Shown here: piece by piece, positions 27,079-42,084 of the stretch | How the letters are laid out: each line of letters starts with the position of its first letter | How positions within the stretch are numbered: the first letter of the stretch is position 1 | NCBI RefSeq assembly: GCF_009914755.1 | Contig: NC_060944.1 | Reading direction: 5' to 3' (one strand) | DNA from: the human T2T-CHM13v2.0 reference genome, Homo sapiens | DNA: 64,000 bases | Notes under the pieces: model-generated | The model's database searches: none | The model's input: only the letters and a program-made list of their open reading frames with translations | What the model was told of the DNA's origin: nothing | Program-made: the position numbers and the translations under genes

Positions 27079-27687
27079 CTTCAGGGTACTAATAGTACTC
27101 TGTCATTGAATAGAAGGAAAAATATTTATTATTCATAGCATAATTCTTCCCAGGATGAACCTATAATATTCACAGCACTTTACATGTTCAGAGCAAGTGT
27201 GTCTCTATGTCCCCAGCAATGGCTGTATCTTATTAATCTTGCCATTCTTTATCACAAAGGGCCAAAAATATATTAGGGACACAGTATGTATTTATTGAGT
27301 CAATGAAGGAAATATGTATATTAAATTCTCTGGTAGAAGAAAAACACTTTACTAATCTGGACTCAGTTGTGAGTGATACAAACACAACTTAAAATGGGTT
27401 AAAAGGGTAACTTGTGAGCACACAGAACTTAAGAAAACTCCAGACTCAGTTCTATTTAGGGGATTGCATCATTTCATCAAGCTTTAGTTTCTCTCCCCTC
27501 TCTCTACAATTTCCTCTGCATCTCATCATTCTTCTTTGCTCTAGGGTAATTTATTATCAAGTATTGTCTAGCTTGTGGCAGCAAGATACTTGCCTTGTCT
27601 CCAAAACTTCTGCTCTTAATCGCTACATTATACTGTTATTCTACTTGGGGCTCCATACGTTTTTGTGGAAGAAAGAACACAGGTAAT

Positions 27688-27790
27688 GAGAAAAAGAAAG
27701 AAAGAGAGAAAGAGAGAAAGAGAGAGAGAGAAAGAAAGAAAGAAAGGGAAAATGAGATGGAAGGAGGCCGGCTGGAAAAAAAGAGAAAAA
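27688..27790. repeat. Purine-rich (GA/GAAA)n tract
   Basis: Read directly from the sequence. Confidence 0.9.
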
Positions 27791-29263
27791 TATTCAGGTT
27801 AAATTTTCTAATAGATGCATCATACACAGGGTAGTATATTTATGGAAAACTGCTCCCAAATTCAGGTTGCAAGTGAGTGCTAAGGTGACTTTAAAAAAAT
27901 TATTATTTTTATTTTGTAAAGACTTGTACCTATAGGTAGAACTTTTCATTAAGGACTATTCATTGGTGCCTCAGTGAGAAAATTATAAACGTGGTCTAAA
28001 AGCGTTAATCTTTTACTTGATTGGTTGTCATGCTGAGATTCTAGGATTAGCTTTGAATCTAATGGCTCTAGTGGGAAGTTCTGATCTCTCTATTATTTTT
28101 TAATTGTTTTATTTCATTTTATTTCATGAAAAAGAGGTTTTCCTTTTTTGCAAAAACTGCACCGAGGTGAAGCAAAGCTCTAGTTGGGGCAGGTGTGTTA
28201 TGTAGGGTTAGTAGGACTGCTCTTGCTGTGCACTCATTGGACAGTAGCACAACCCCAAGGAAAGGATGGTGACTTCTCTGTTTAATTTGGACAATGCAGT
28301 AGGACAGCATCTGAGAAGATCTCCAGAGCAGGGCTACACGGGCACCTGAAGAGCAAACATTCTTCCCAAGGCTTCAAAGGCCAATAAAGGCTTGTTTTCA
28401 AGCCCTCCTAATCTTTAGCAATTCCAAATCATTTCCTCCCCTATTACAAATGCTTGCCTACAATATCCTTTGGTGAATAATAGTGCAATTCAAATGACAT
28501 CTAATCAGAACATCGTTTTCATAATTGATCTGATATTTGCAGTGCCTTTTCTTAATCTTTGAGGATGTTTTGTAGCAGGGACTCTGCCTATCTGTTTGAA
28601 TTAAATAGGAGAAATGGAAGTATCAGCTCTTAGATAACAATGGATTTAAAATCAGAAAGTAGATATAATGCAAATGATGGCTTATTTTTAATTTGTGCCT
28701 CTGAGAAAAAGATTTTTATCATGGTGCAAACAAAACTTGCATAAGTTATGAAATGCATTATTTAAAACTAGCTTGTTTTCTCTTAATGAATTACAAACAT
28801 GTGTATTTGCTTATGATATTTAGCCTGAAAAGTTTTAAACAGGAGTTGTACATTGTTTTTCCTCCTTCTTTAATGTTCCAGTGAAGATTCTCATGGCATG
28901 CACACAGGAACGTGTGGAAGTTTGGTTGTGATCTGCATTTTGTTTTAATTAATTTTTCCTTTTATCTAGGAAGTGGCAGACATTTTAACCCTCATTTATT
29001 TTCTGAGTGATTGATAGAGATGCCAGTGTTTTTCATTTATTATTCTTTATTCCCCTCTGTGATATTGCAGATGAAAAGATGAGACTCAGGACCGCTCTGA
29101 GACATTGGCTACAACAGGGACACATCATTGATGGTAGGAAGATGGTAAACCCACTTCCAGTGCCCTGATCTTGTTTCTCTGTTGTTCTCTTCCATGTTTA
29201 ACGATGCCAGAAGGGAGATGATTTTGGCTTACTTAGAAGAAAGACAGGAAAGAATGAAGTCAG

Positions 29264-29266
<3 letters not shown>

Positions 29267-29304
<38 letters not shown>

Positions 29305-29545
29305 AGTTAGGTAGAGCAAGACAGAAGAAGAAAAACAGAGAAACAGAAAAATAGCAAGAGAAAAGGAAAGGAGAGGTGAGGGGAAAGGGAAAAGAGAGAA
29401 AGAAATGAGAAAGGCATGAGAGGTGTAGAGCAACAGAGAGGGAGAGGGAGAACGTGAGAAAGGGAGTGAGCTGGGGAGAGCCAAGAAGAGAAGGAGGAGG
29501 AGGAGCATATACTTAGAGAGGATACAGAGAGAGACCCACACACAC
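29267..29545. repeat. (CA)n microsatellite followed by GA-rich low-complexity tract
   Basis: About 15 CA units then ~230 bp purine-rich. Confidence 0.9.
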
Positions 29546-32339
29546 AAAGGAAAAGTGGGAGCTTTTGTGAGGCAACTCAGGCCTCGAGAAAGGCTTTGAT
29601 AATCTCTTCTGAAGAAAATAAACCCAGCTGTTCATTAAAAATCAAAACCAAAACAAAACAAGACAAAAACCTCTATACCTCTGACGGTCTCTGAGCATTA
29701 TAAATGTTGACATACACCTACTGTGTATGGATTTTTAGGGACAGGTATTAGCGAGAGTGAACAGGGGACTGCTATGGCTTCAGCAGCTGGCAGTTCCCAC
29801 ATCTTGAGAACACCCTCCCCCAACACCTCTCTTGTTACCTCTTTATTTTGGAAGGCTGATCTGATGTCCCTCATCTTATATCTATCTTCCAGTTCCTCAG
29901 CTGAAATCTTAGCTGGTTGAGGGTTGGCCTGTGACCTCAGCCTCTCTGAGTGTCACCTCTGCCATTTGAAAGAATAGTGATGTTGGCATCCCACATTGCA
30001 TATGGGAGGAGTCAATGAAGCACCGAGTATGCCTAGCTCATGGCTTTAGACACAGAACAATTATTGCTCAATGAATGTTGATTTCTTTCTCCAACTTGCC
30101 TATCTCTCCACCATCTCCTCCTTCTTCATAGACTTCTCTCTCATGTAAATGTGCTGTAATAGTTAGCACAGTTGTAGAATCTTAATGATTTTGAATCACA
30201 GGGGGCTAATGTTCCAAAAGCTTAATATTAATCTTAAAGCATCTTATTTTCAAAGAGATTTGGGCTAAAGGGCAGACAGCTTTGGAGTCTGCCTCCTTCC
30301 TTATCTAACAATTTCCCCTCTGTAGCTTCAAATGGCCCTATGTTTGGTAATGATTCCCTGTTTATATTTTGTTTATTCCTGTTACCCCCAACTAATTGAT
30401 GTTGATTATCTCCCCCGTGTCCTCTTATAATAACTCAGTCCTAATTCTATGTAAAGTTTAGAAAATTGAGGATCTTAAGGCACACTCTGAACTTATTCAT
30501 AAAAGGAGAAAGAGATGAAGTCCCCAGATAACAGTGGCCCTTTCTGTTGTCATAGAGAGGAGCTGGGATAAGCTATTGAAATAGTGAGGCTTAGATAATC
30601 CCTGGGAAGTGCTCTGTCAAGTCAGGTTTCAGTCAGTTTCCAGATGTTGCCTAATCCAGTAACTTGCTTAGTGCCAAATTATTGCTATAATCTCCCAGTC
30701 TTCTTGCTGTCTCCATATACTTTGTGTTATTTCAAAACCCTCATAAGATACTGCAAACAGGATAATGAGCTCTGGTGCTGATTGCCTGATCATATACAGC
30801 TTTATTTATTGATTAGTTTCTGTGTTATATCTCCCCCACCCAATTTATCAACTCTTGGTGAGTAGACACCACTTGTTTTTTTTATCACTCCTGAATTTTC
30901 CACAGAGCCTAGCAGGTTTTGATGGACATATGAAGGATTCAATAGTAACTGTTGATTGACAGCTGATCACATCCCTACTTCAAGGTCCAGAAGCAACACA
31001 TATGCAAATGGATTGTGATGCAGTTCCTGTACCTTTCAAAACAATTCTTGTACCATAGACAAGGCTTTTATGATTGGAGTTCTTTTAAAATAGTGTAATT
31101 CTCACCTTGCCTTTCAAGGCTTTCATGACAAACCTATTATCTTTTCATGCATCTACATTCAGGATACATAATAAAAAATTGGAGGAAAGCAGTGAGATTT
31201 TTGTTTCAACCTTGTATTTGTTATGTGTTTTAGAAAATGAAGTGTAAATATCTACAGACTAAAGGTTGATTCCAAAATTCCAAGGTTGGTTCCTAGCACT
31301 GTTAGGGAGGCATTCATGTCTTGTCTTGTTCATTCAGGTGATTTTTCAAGGATATTAAACTTGAAACAGTCTCTCTGAAGTCACAGTTATCTGAGCTATT
31401 TGAAAGGAATTGATATGAGCATGTTAGGGAGGGCAAGGTCTTCATTGTGCAGCCTGACTCTGTGTAATGAAAAATCAAATTTGAATATTAAGAAAATTAA
31501 TTCAGCTGTGGCAGAAAACGGAACTTGCTACTCCTCAGCTGTGGCGTACTGCAATGCATAGTGATAAGACTGGCGATGAAAAATATTCTCTATCCTGACT
31601 GGGTAATTCTTGTGTTGATAAATAGAGACTTTGGAGAAGCAATACTTGTCTAACCATTCTTAATACACAATGCGTCTGATCCGATCCTGTCTAAATAAAC
31701 ACTGGGTGCATGACTGGTGGTGTCCCAATCAGCTTTGTTTATGCAGCCGAGTCAACTTAGGATATGCACTGATTCAGAAATTGAATTTTACAGCCTGCCT
31801 TTTATACTTTGCCACATGGCAGTGACAAAGATCAGGGATGATTTTTTTTCCATAAGGAGAATACCTCAGCTGGGTTAAGCCATTATAATAAATATAGCAA
31901 TTTGAGATGAATGAGAAAATCAGAGTTAATGAGGCTTGGAATCATGTGAAGAAAATGCAATCACTTTTGTGGTAGGAAACACAAACACGCATACAGACAA
32001 ACTCTTATAACCTGGCCTACTTTTACTTTTTTGATTCACCATCAAAAGATAAAATGACACTGTACACTCAGTAATATTCAATTCACACAGTCCTGATGTT
32101 TCCAGTTTTATTCATGTCTAAGTAATGGAGAGGCTAATGTTGTAGTTCTGTTGCTAACAATATCAGTTATTTTTGAAACATACAATTGGCTTACAATGCT
32201 CTTTTAACTAAAAATACATAGTTGTGACATCAACATAAAATATCTACCATCAGAGAAGTACCCTTTAGAAATATCCATATAAATGTCCACATCCTTTTAC
32301 AAATCGGAATTCCAAGACAGGGTAAAAAGTTGAACTATG

Positions 32340-32785
<446 letters not shown>

Positions 32786-33027
32786 CTAAGAACTATATTC
32801 CAGAAAACTCCTGGATCTATTCTGTTATATGTACATTCTGTGGTTATTTCAACACTTTTGGAGGTCTCCTCAGTTGTTACATTGCAATTGTTGTAATTGT
32901 TTAGGTGTTTTACCAGCATCTGTAAAGGGGTCATTGCTTTGATTACATCTACAACATACCTGTAAAGGGAGTGACTTCAATGTCAGCACTTATGGATGGT
33001 TAATTCTGTCATTTTGAAAGAGGGTAC

Positions 33028-33394
33028 TGTCTTAGTCCATTTGTGCTATCACAAAATGCCTTACCTAGACTGTGTGATTTATGAAGAAGGGAAATTTGTT
33101 ACTGTTCTACAGGCTGGAAAGTCCAAAACCAAGGCACTAACATTGGCGTCTGGCGAGGGTCACTCTCTGCTTCCAAGATGGTGCCATTATTGTGTCCTTA
33201 AATGGCTGAAGGTGAAAAAGCAAGAGAGTGTTCCCTTTAATCCCAGACCCTTTTTATAAGGATGTTAATCCCATTCATGAGGGCAGAGCCTCGTGACTTA
33301 ATCAACTTCCAAAGGACACACCTTTTTGTACTGTTGCATTGGGGATTGTTTCAACATAAATTTTAGATGAGATACCATCATTTAAACCAAAGCA
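33028..33394 (-). mobile_element. MaLR solo LTR (MSTC/MSTD/MLT1A-like)
   Basis: tgtcttagtccatttgtgct...ttccaagatggtgcc...cccattcatgagggcagagcc...aaaccaaagca; TSD ggtac/ggtat. Confidence 0.85.
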
Positions 33395-33700
33395 GGTATC
33401 TAGTAACATTTTTCAAAATCACAGATTTAAAATTTTTAGCAGATGAGATTAGGCACATATGGATAGAGTTTCAGAGTTAGATGGGTGATCTCTAGGAAGC
33501 CTGGGTCCTCTTGCTAAAATCATTCTAAAGGATCATTTTCTCAAAAGGTTTTTTCAGGAGGCTGAAACTCTGTGTGATTCTACACAGCCCAGAGATGTGA
33601 AGAGTGGAAGACAACAATGGAACAATGAATGGGAAACTGTCATAAATAGATAATATATATTTTTACATGAGAGCACATATTTAGTCTTCTATTTCAAGAT

Positions 33701-33925
33701 TAAATTCTCAATCACATCACTGTTGACATTTTGGGCCAGATCATCCTTTGTTGTGGGGCTGTCCCGTGCATTGTAGAATGTTGTGCAGCAACATCCCATG
33801 CCTCTTTCCATTAGCTGCTGGTAGCAGGCCCCTCCTCACAGACCGTGACAACTAAAAATGTCTCCACCTTTTCACATGTTCTCTGTGTGGCAAAATCCTC
33901 CCACTACCCTCGATAAGAACCATTG
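33701..33925 (-). mobile_element. MER20 (hAT-Charlie)
   Basis: cactgttgacattttgggccagatcatcctttgttgtggggctgtcc...gtgacaactaaaaatgtctcca. Confidence 0.88.
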
Positions 33926-34440
33926 CACTGTGACGTCAGTAAGTGTAATTATAAAGATGTACCCAGAAGCAATGCATAAAAATTTAGCATACACCCTTTT
34001 CTCCCACACTACATTGATGTAGTATTTGGTGATCAGTGCTCAGTTTTCTCAGTTCAATCTATTCAGGCATCTAGGGACCATACATGAAAATTTCAACCAC
34101 TTAATTAATGTACCAATACACTAACAGATAATTAGGAAAAGGGGAGGATGTGGATTGACTGGGAGAGAGAAATTAACCATGCCTTCCAAAATATTTTGCA
34201 GAAGAAAACTGTGATGGTAGATTGGAATTTTAAGATTAGAAAAGTCTCTAATATCCTATAACATAATTAGTTAGGATGGATAAATCAAAACCAAAACCAA
34301 AAGCAAAAAGAACATGAAGAAAAATCAAAGCAATCTGACAGGTTTAAGCATCTATTTACTTATCTCCACCTTGAAGAATAAATACCAGGGTTTTGTGTCT
34401 AAAGTTCCACTTAAAGGAAATTATGAAGGATGGCCCTTCA

Positions 34441-34820
<380 letters not shown>

Positions 34821-34912
34821 CAATCAAGGTGTGTTGAGAAAATTTTATGTGACTGAGGACCAAGAAAGGCTGGAGGAAGTTAGCTGCTGTTCTGTGTTAT
34901 AGGTCTTATGTC

Positions 34913-35354
34913 CAAAAGTGTGCTAGTAAATGTTTAACAACTGGTTCTTTGTTAAGTCTCGAAATCGACGAGACAATAAATCACGACCTGATTTGGAGTA
35001 TTTGCCAGTTTCCATGGTGTAAATACTCTCACCATCACTGACTTCAAGCCACCAACGTAACAGCACTAAATGTTGGGTTGAGAAGAAATGTGATGTGAAC
35101 TCCACCATATAGTATTCCCATCGTGCAGATAAAATAAGCATAAATAAACACAGTGCAATAATCATAAAATCTAGTAAAAATAATTAGGAAATGAGTATTG
35201 CATATTTATTATATTTTTTATTATTATTTAATTATAAGTTTACATTATTTAATTTGGGATAATAGATGTTTTTAACAACCAACTTGCAAAATACCAGAAA
35301 ATTTAACAGTCAGTTCTTGCAAGTTTGAGCAAACCAGCTTCCAGCTCACTCCTG
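34913..35354 (-). mobile_element. MER63B-like hAT-Blackjack element
   Basis: gtgtgctagtaaatgtttaacaactgg...ttccatggtgtaaatactc...aaaatttaacagtcagttcttgcaag...ccagctcactcctg. Confidence 0.8.
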
Positions 35355-36649
35355 CTCAGGCTCCCATCCTGTACAGTGTCCCACGGACTTCTAAGGACCT
35401 CCATGGGAAATGTCTGGGTGGTACCTTCACATTTAGATCAAAACTCTTTTTTAATGAAAGAGCCCCTCTAACAACTGAGAAGGGTGGTGGAGCCCCAGTA
35501 ACTCTGACACTGAAATATGTACCAGCCCAACCAGGAGATGCTTTGGATTTAGACTAAATTCTGTTTGGAAAAATAAAAATGTGTCCTTTTTTATAGCAAG
35601 TCTACTAGAATAGAATTCATACCCACAGAACTCACCACAGTGTTGTAGGATGAGAACAGCCAGTGAATGCAAACCTGTGCTCTGAAAAAGGGAGCAGAGT
35701 GTCTCAGAACTTTAAACAATTCAACTGAGGCTTCAGGTTCCTCTATCCTTCTCTAAACGATTTCAGCTAAGTTGACTGTAAAAAGGGTTCATTGGAGTTG
35801 TAATCTTGTTTTTATGCCCTGCATATACCTGCCAGCCCATAAAGGAGAAGAAAACTCTAAAGCCACAATGAAATACAATTCATTAGGAGAGTAACAGATA
35901 GAGGAAAGGGGGAAATGTAAAGGGAAAAGGTTATTATTACTTTTTAGTAGGATATGGTTCTCTTAAATCTAGGCAGATAGACTGAATCACACTGACGTAT
36001 TTATTTTCCCTCCCACATTTCACATTTTTCTAGTTAAAATGTCACAATTTTTCTTAAAGAATATCAGTTATCACAGTGTATCAGGCCTTTAAATATAACT
36101 ATTAATAGATAATATTCAAATAGGACTTCTGGTGTTATAAAAATTTTCTATGACTCTTGGGACCCTGCTATTTCTACTGAAAGTTAGCACTGTTCTACAG
36201 AGGTCACTTTTTCATTTACCTATAAATGGCTTGCCGTTCTACTAATGCATACCTTAGAATTCAGGTACAATTTTATAATAAAATCAACGAAGCATAAAGT
36301 ACATGGAAAATCATAACATAATGCTAAAACAAGTTGCAAGATCAATTGATATAGTTATTTATTACCAAAAGCCCCAGATTATTTCTTTAAATCACAGTTG
36401 GCTAATTGGATTTAACACTAAAGATTTTTTTTTTAATTATTTTTCAAACTAGCATGTAAACATACCTGAAGTGAATCCAAGGACAAATCCAACACCTTAA
36501 TGTTAATGATATAGTTTTGCACAATTTAGACATAGGCTGTTGAATAGTTTATCTTGATGGCATATAGTCAAAACCTGATCTACACAATGCAATACTATCC
36601 AGACCTAGAGGGATTTAAAAAAATCATATTTTAAGTCATTTATTTTTTA

Positions 36650-37375
36650 AATTTTTTTTTATTTGGGAATAATTCTAGATGTGCAAAAACATTTTACAAA
36701 TAGAGTTCCAGCTTCCCCTAAAGTTAATATCTTACATAGCTGTTGTAACTTTGTTGAAATTGAGAGATGAATTCTGGTACCTTGTTATTTACTAAACTCT
36801 AGATTCTATGTTAACTCTTTATTCTGATTCTGCTAATTTTCTATTAATGTCCTTTTTGCTGTCCTAGGATTCAATCCAGGATACCACACTGCATTTAATT
36901 ATCATGTCTCTTCACTCTTCTTTGGTCTGGGCAGTTTTTTAGACTTTCCTTGTTTTCCATTACCTTGATCGTTTTGGGGAGTATCAGTCAGGTATTTTGA
37001 AGAGTGTCCCTCAATTTGGGTTTCTCTGATATTTCTCAAATGTCAGACTAGGGTTGTGATATTTGGGAATGAATTCTGAATTCCACAGAGGTGAAGTGTG
37101 CTTACCACATTATGTCATGAATACGGGATATCAACATGACTTATCACTGGTGATGTTGACCTTGATCACTTGGTGTGCTGCGTTTGTCTGATGTAAAGTT
37201 CCTATTTTTTCCATTTCCATACTCTGTTCTTTGGAAGTGGCTCACTAAGTCCAGTCCACACTTGAAGTGATGATGGTGGTGATGACAGGACTGAATTAAA
37301 CTTAATCTCTGAGGGGTAGGGGTAATATATTCATATTGTTTAGAATCCTTCCCTAAGAAAATTTGTCTCTTCTCC
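36650..37375 (-). mobile_element. L1MC4/L1MC5-like 3' end
   Basis: gtcctaggattcaatccaggataccacactgcattta...ggtgatgttgaccttgatcacttgg. Confidence 0.8.
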
Positions 37376-37699
37376 TTCTGGAGGAGGTTTAAAAGTAAGA
37401 TTTCACAGAGTCAGCTGTGAACTGGTTAAAAATTACTAAGTCCACACATAGTACATAAATGATTCACAATTTACACATGTAATTCATTTTAAAAGTTACA
37501 GACTATGAAAAATACAGCAAGTGGGACATAAATTTCCAGATACTTCCATCCTACCTGCTGCACCCCAGAATGTACCCCAGTATGTTTATTTAGAAATCAT
37601 ATGTATGCATTATGGAACTAACATAGTATGTATACAGAGGGAAAACTAAATTTAAATAATATGCTCAGAGTCTCAATATAAATAGGATAATAGTAATCA

Positions 37700-37920
37700 C
37701 TAGTATTTATGTGCTTGATGTGTTCCAAGCACTGCCTTAAATGCTCTGGCATGTGTAATACATTTGATCCTAACAGAAAACCTGTGAAGTCAAAACTATT
37801 ACTATTCACTTTTCACAGATGAGGAAAATATAATGAGAAACATTACATGCTTTGCCCAAAGTCCCAGAGTTATTAAGTGATAGAGGGAGGACTAACCCTA
37901 GGCAGCCCGTGCTCTTAATA
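37700..37920. mobile_element. MIR
   Basis: ttttcacagatgaggaaa...tttgcccaaagtcccagag. Confidence 0.8.
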
Positions 37921-38569
37921 CTGAACTTTGCAAGAAATTCTTGCATTTCTTTTCCCACGTCTTTTAGACACGTGTTTAAAGGAAACTCCCTTTAAAATAC
38001 TGTTCTCTACCATGCTCTAGAATGCATGCAACCCACCACTGAGAACAGTATTTTAAAGGATGTTTCCAAGGTATAATTCAGGGCCTGTGCTGATTTGCCC
38101 GTGTGTCCTGTGCTGGTTTTATCCTGGGTCTGGTCTGTGCCGAGTTGTCCATCTTCCCCTTAAGTCTTGCTGGGAATAAAATTTACTTTTTTCTTGTGCC
38201 TTTGATGGGAACACAATCATTGAAGACTTTGCTTTTCCTTCTTAGCTCTGATGACAGCTGTTTGTTTACTGCTGCTGCCTCGTTTCTCTCATATGAACCC
38301 TTCATTTCTTCATGAGTTCTTACTATATGGCAGTGACTAACAGCAGATCATCCACTGTGTGCTGGAAGGACAGAGGGGATTGTCATTCAACTAGTAGGGA
38401 AAAAAATCGATTTCTGTTTGTGATGTCATCATGAAAATGACTTCATTGAAACTCAGCACTATGGAGGTTCTTTCTATGTCTTGCCTTTAAATGTCTCTGA
38501 GACAACAGTCACCTGCGTTATTATTGAATCCCTTCATGGACAACATGCTATGGGTTGCATAGACTCATT

Positions 38570-40565
38570 TTTTTCTTAGAAAGTGTGTTGCTTTTTTTGT
38601 GTGGATGTGCCCCAGTTTATCTATCCAATGACTTACTGAAGGACATCTTTGTTGCTTCTAATTTTTGATAGTTACACATTAAGGTGTTATCAGCAAAAGA
38701 AACTATCAACAGAGTAAACAGACAACCTACAGAATGGGAGAAAATATTTGCAAACTATGCATCTGACAAAGGTCTAATATCCAGTATCTTAAGGAACTTA
38801 AATTTACAAGAGAAAAACAAACAACCCCATTAAAAAAGTGGGCAAAGGACATAAACAGATACATCTCACAAGAGGACATATATGTGGTCAACAAACATGT
38901 AAAAAAAAGTTCAGTATCACTAACTATTAGAAAAATGCAAATCAGGATCTCAGTGAGATACCATCTCACACCAGTCTGAATGGCTATTATTAAAAAGTCA
39001 AAAAATAACAGACACTGGTGAGGTTATGGAGAAAAGGAAACCCTTATACATTGTTGGAGGGAGTGTAAATTAGTTCAACCTTGTGGAAAGCAGTATGATG
39101 ATTCCTCAAAGACCTAAAAGTAGAACTACCATTTGATCCAGCAATCCCATTACTGGGTGTATCTCCAGAGGAACAGAAATCATTCTACCATAAAGACACA
39201 GGCATGGGAATATTCACTGCAGCACTATTCATAATAGTAAAGATGCGGAATCAACCTAAATGCCCATCAGTGACAGATTGGATAAAGAACATGTGATACA
39301 TATAAGCCATGGAATACTATGCAGCCATAAAAAGAGTGACATCATGTCTTTTGTAGAAACATGAATGGAGCTGGAGGCCATAATCCTTAGCAAACTAAAC
39401 TAACGCAGGAACAGAAAACTAAATACTGCATGTTCTTACTTATAAGTGGGAACTAAATGATATGAGCTTATGAACACAATGAAATAACAAGCACAGGGTC
39501 TACTTGAGTGGGGAGGGTGGGAAGAGAGGAGCAGAAAAGATAGCTATTGGATACTGGCCTTAATACCTGGGTAATGAAATAACATGTACAACAAACCCTC
39601 ATGACAGAGGTTTACCTATATAACAAATCTTCACATGTACCCCCAAACCTAAAATAAAAGTTAAAAAAATAAGGTGCTGTAAACATTCATGCACATGCTT
39701 TTGTGTGGACACTTGCTTTTAATTATTTGAGAATAAAATTGATATTTTATCGTATGGTAAGAGTATACTTTACTTTGTAATACACTGCCAAATTGTCTTT
39801 CAAAATGAATGGATGTGCCGTTTTGCATTCCTACCAGCAATTAATGAGAGTTCTTGTTGCTCTACAAGTTTTTTAACCACTCTAATAGGTATGTAGTGGC
39901 ATCAAATTATTTGAATTTGCATTTTCCCAGTGACAAATAACAAATGAAATTGAACATTTTTCCATATGCTTATTTGCTATGTATCTGTTATCTGTCTGTC
40001 TATCTAATCTACTCACTTACCTGTCTAATCTGTCAGTCATCATTTTCTTTGGTGAAGTGTTTATTTAGATCTTTTGCATATTTTTTAATTGAGTTGTTTG
40101 TTTTCTTATTGTTGAGTTTTCAGAGTTCTTTGTATATTTTAGATAACTGTTATTTATCAGGAATGTGTTTTGCTAATATTTTCTCCCATTCTGGGGCTTG
40201 TCTGTTCATTCTCTAAGTGTCTTTCATAGCACAAAATGTTTTAATTTTAATAAAGTTCAATTTATCACAAGTTTTTAGATTACAATAATAAAAGCATGAT
40301 CAAAAGCACATTTAATCAGGCTTCTGATCATGCTTTCATTATTGGTAATCTGAAAACTTGCCATCAAATCCGAGGTCACATAGATTGTCTTTTGTGGTTC
40401 TTTCTTGCTTTTGTATAGTTTCATATTTAACATTTTGGTCTATCGTCTACTTGGAGTTATTTTTGGTGTAAGTTTTAAGATCTATGTCTAAATGTTTTTG
40501 TGTATAGACAATTGTTCTAGCACCATTTGTTGAAAAAAACTATCCTTTTTCCAATGAATTGCAAG
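38570..40565 (-). mobile_element. Old L1M (L1MB/L1MC-like) fragment split by a younger L1
   Basis: actgaaggacatctttgttgcttc | aaggtgctgtaaacattcatgcacatgcttttgtgtggaca...ttctagcaccatttgttgaaaa. Confidence 0.8.
38691..39669 (+). mobile_element. 5'-truncated L1 (about L1PA13-L1PA16 / L1PREC2)
   Basis: ORF2 C-terminal region plus 3' UTR ending cacatgtacccccaaacctaaaataaaagttaaaaaaa; TSD taaggtgttat/taaggtgctgt. Confidence 0.92.
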
Positions 40566-41689
40566 TTAACCTCCTTTTAAAATGTATGTTTTATTGTGTT
40601 GTGGTCAGATAACAATTTGTAGTTGATATATTTTAAAAAATATTTTTGAGACTTTTCTTTCTGGACTGATATATTAAAAAATTTTAAAAACATTCTTAGA
40701 TTTATTCTTCGTAGACTGCAATTATAATGGTTAAAACAATATTATTATATTATTTAAATCATCTAAGATTTTGTTGATATTTTAGCTACTCTTTTATCTG
40801 TTAGACGTTGATAGCTTCTGGCTATTAATTTATTTCACTTCATTCCTCTTTGCATTTTAAGATTCTTCTTTATTGATTTTGTTATGTTTTGATTTCCTAT
40901 TACACTTTGATAAAAATACTGTTTTATTGTTGTTTCCTAACTGTTAATCATTGTTACTTACTAAATATCTATTTTCTCTGTTTTTTTTCCCTAATAGAAT
41001 GCTAATTTTCTTTTGGAAGTAAGTGGGTCCATTTTGAACAAAAATTACCATATTTTCTAGCATCCCTTCAGCTTCAAGATGGCCTTGTGGTGAATATCAG
41101 GCTATTGAAACATTAGGCTGCATGTTGACTGAGAATTTTAGACAGCTTTTCTTTCCCAGCGTAGAGTCCCTTTCTCCCTGTTACTTGTTCTTTCTTCATC
41201 TTGTCTTCAATACAATTGGGGAGTAGGAGATGGGGTAGCTATCTATGACAAACACAAGTTTCCTTCATCTCAGAAGAGTTGTCTTCTTTTTGTTGTTGTT
41301 GTTTTTACTTTTCATCTTTTCCATATTCTTTCTTACCTTCTTTTAGCATTCTGATATGTGTATGTGGAGATGTGAGAGAGAAAGTGATACAGAAACAGCA
41401 AGAGAGAAGACAGGGAAGGAAAAGGAGGAGGAGGAAAGGAAAGAAGAGAGGAGAGCACTGAGGGAGGGAAGGAAGAAGGAGAGGATGTGTTGGATTTGCT
41501 GTCCTGTTTCTTGATCTTTTCTCTTTACATTTTCATTCCATTTTAAATTTCACCTGTTTTCTGCAAGAAATTTCACTAGCTAGCTTTCCTCTTCACAGAC
41601 TTGTTTGTCATCTGTAATCTACTCTTTGGTCATTGCAAAATCAGCATTTAAAGCAATTTATATTTTAGTAATTAATATGCCAGTAAAGC

Positions 41690-41925
41690 ATAAAATGTAA
41701 GAGTACAGCCTCAAGAATTACAAAATTGGGTTCTAATCCCAGTTCAATCACTAGCTATTTTATCTTGAGCAAAGAAACCTACCTTCTACCTGCTTGTTTT
41801 CCCATTTGTAGAATGGATATAAAAATGGTACCTCCTGATTGATAGGGTTTGGGGAGTATTCAATGAGAAGCTGCATACAAAATATCTAAAATGGGTCTGG
41901 AATGTATCAAGTCCTAGCTAATTTT
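41690..41925. mobile_element. MIR
   Basis: tgggttctaatcccagttc...tcttgagcaa...tttcccatttgtagaatgg. Confidence 0.75.
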
Positions 41926-42084
41926 TGTCCTGTGCTATTACATAATTATCAATTTATTATGTTTTTAGTGGTAATTGGAAGGTTAAGAGAATAATTGAGC
42001 TTAATAATTCCTAAGCAGTCAATTCCTTCAGATAAGTTCAAATACCAAGTATGCCTGCTGATTAAAAAGCACAGTGTTTCAATA

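Noticed and set aside
22615-27892. Similar donor-like strings GTGAGTGCTAAGG at ~22621 and ~27873
   Set aside because: Short match with no alignable upstream exon
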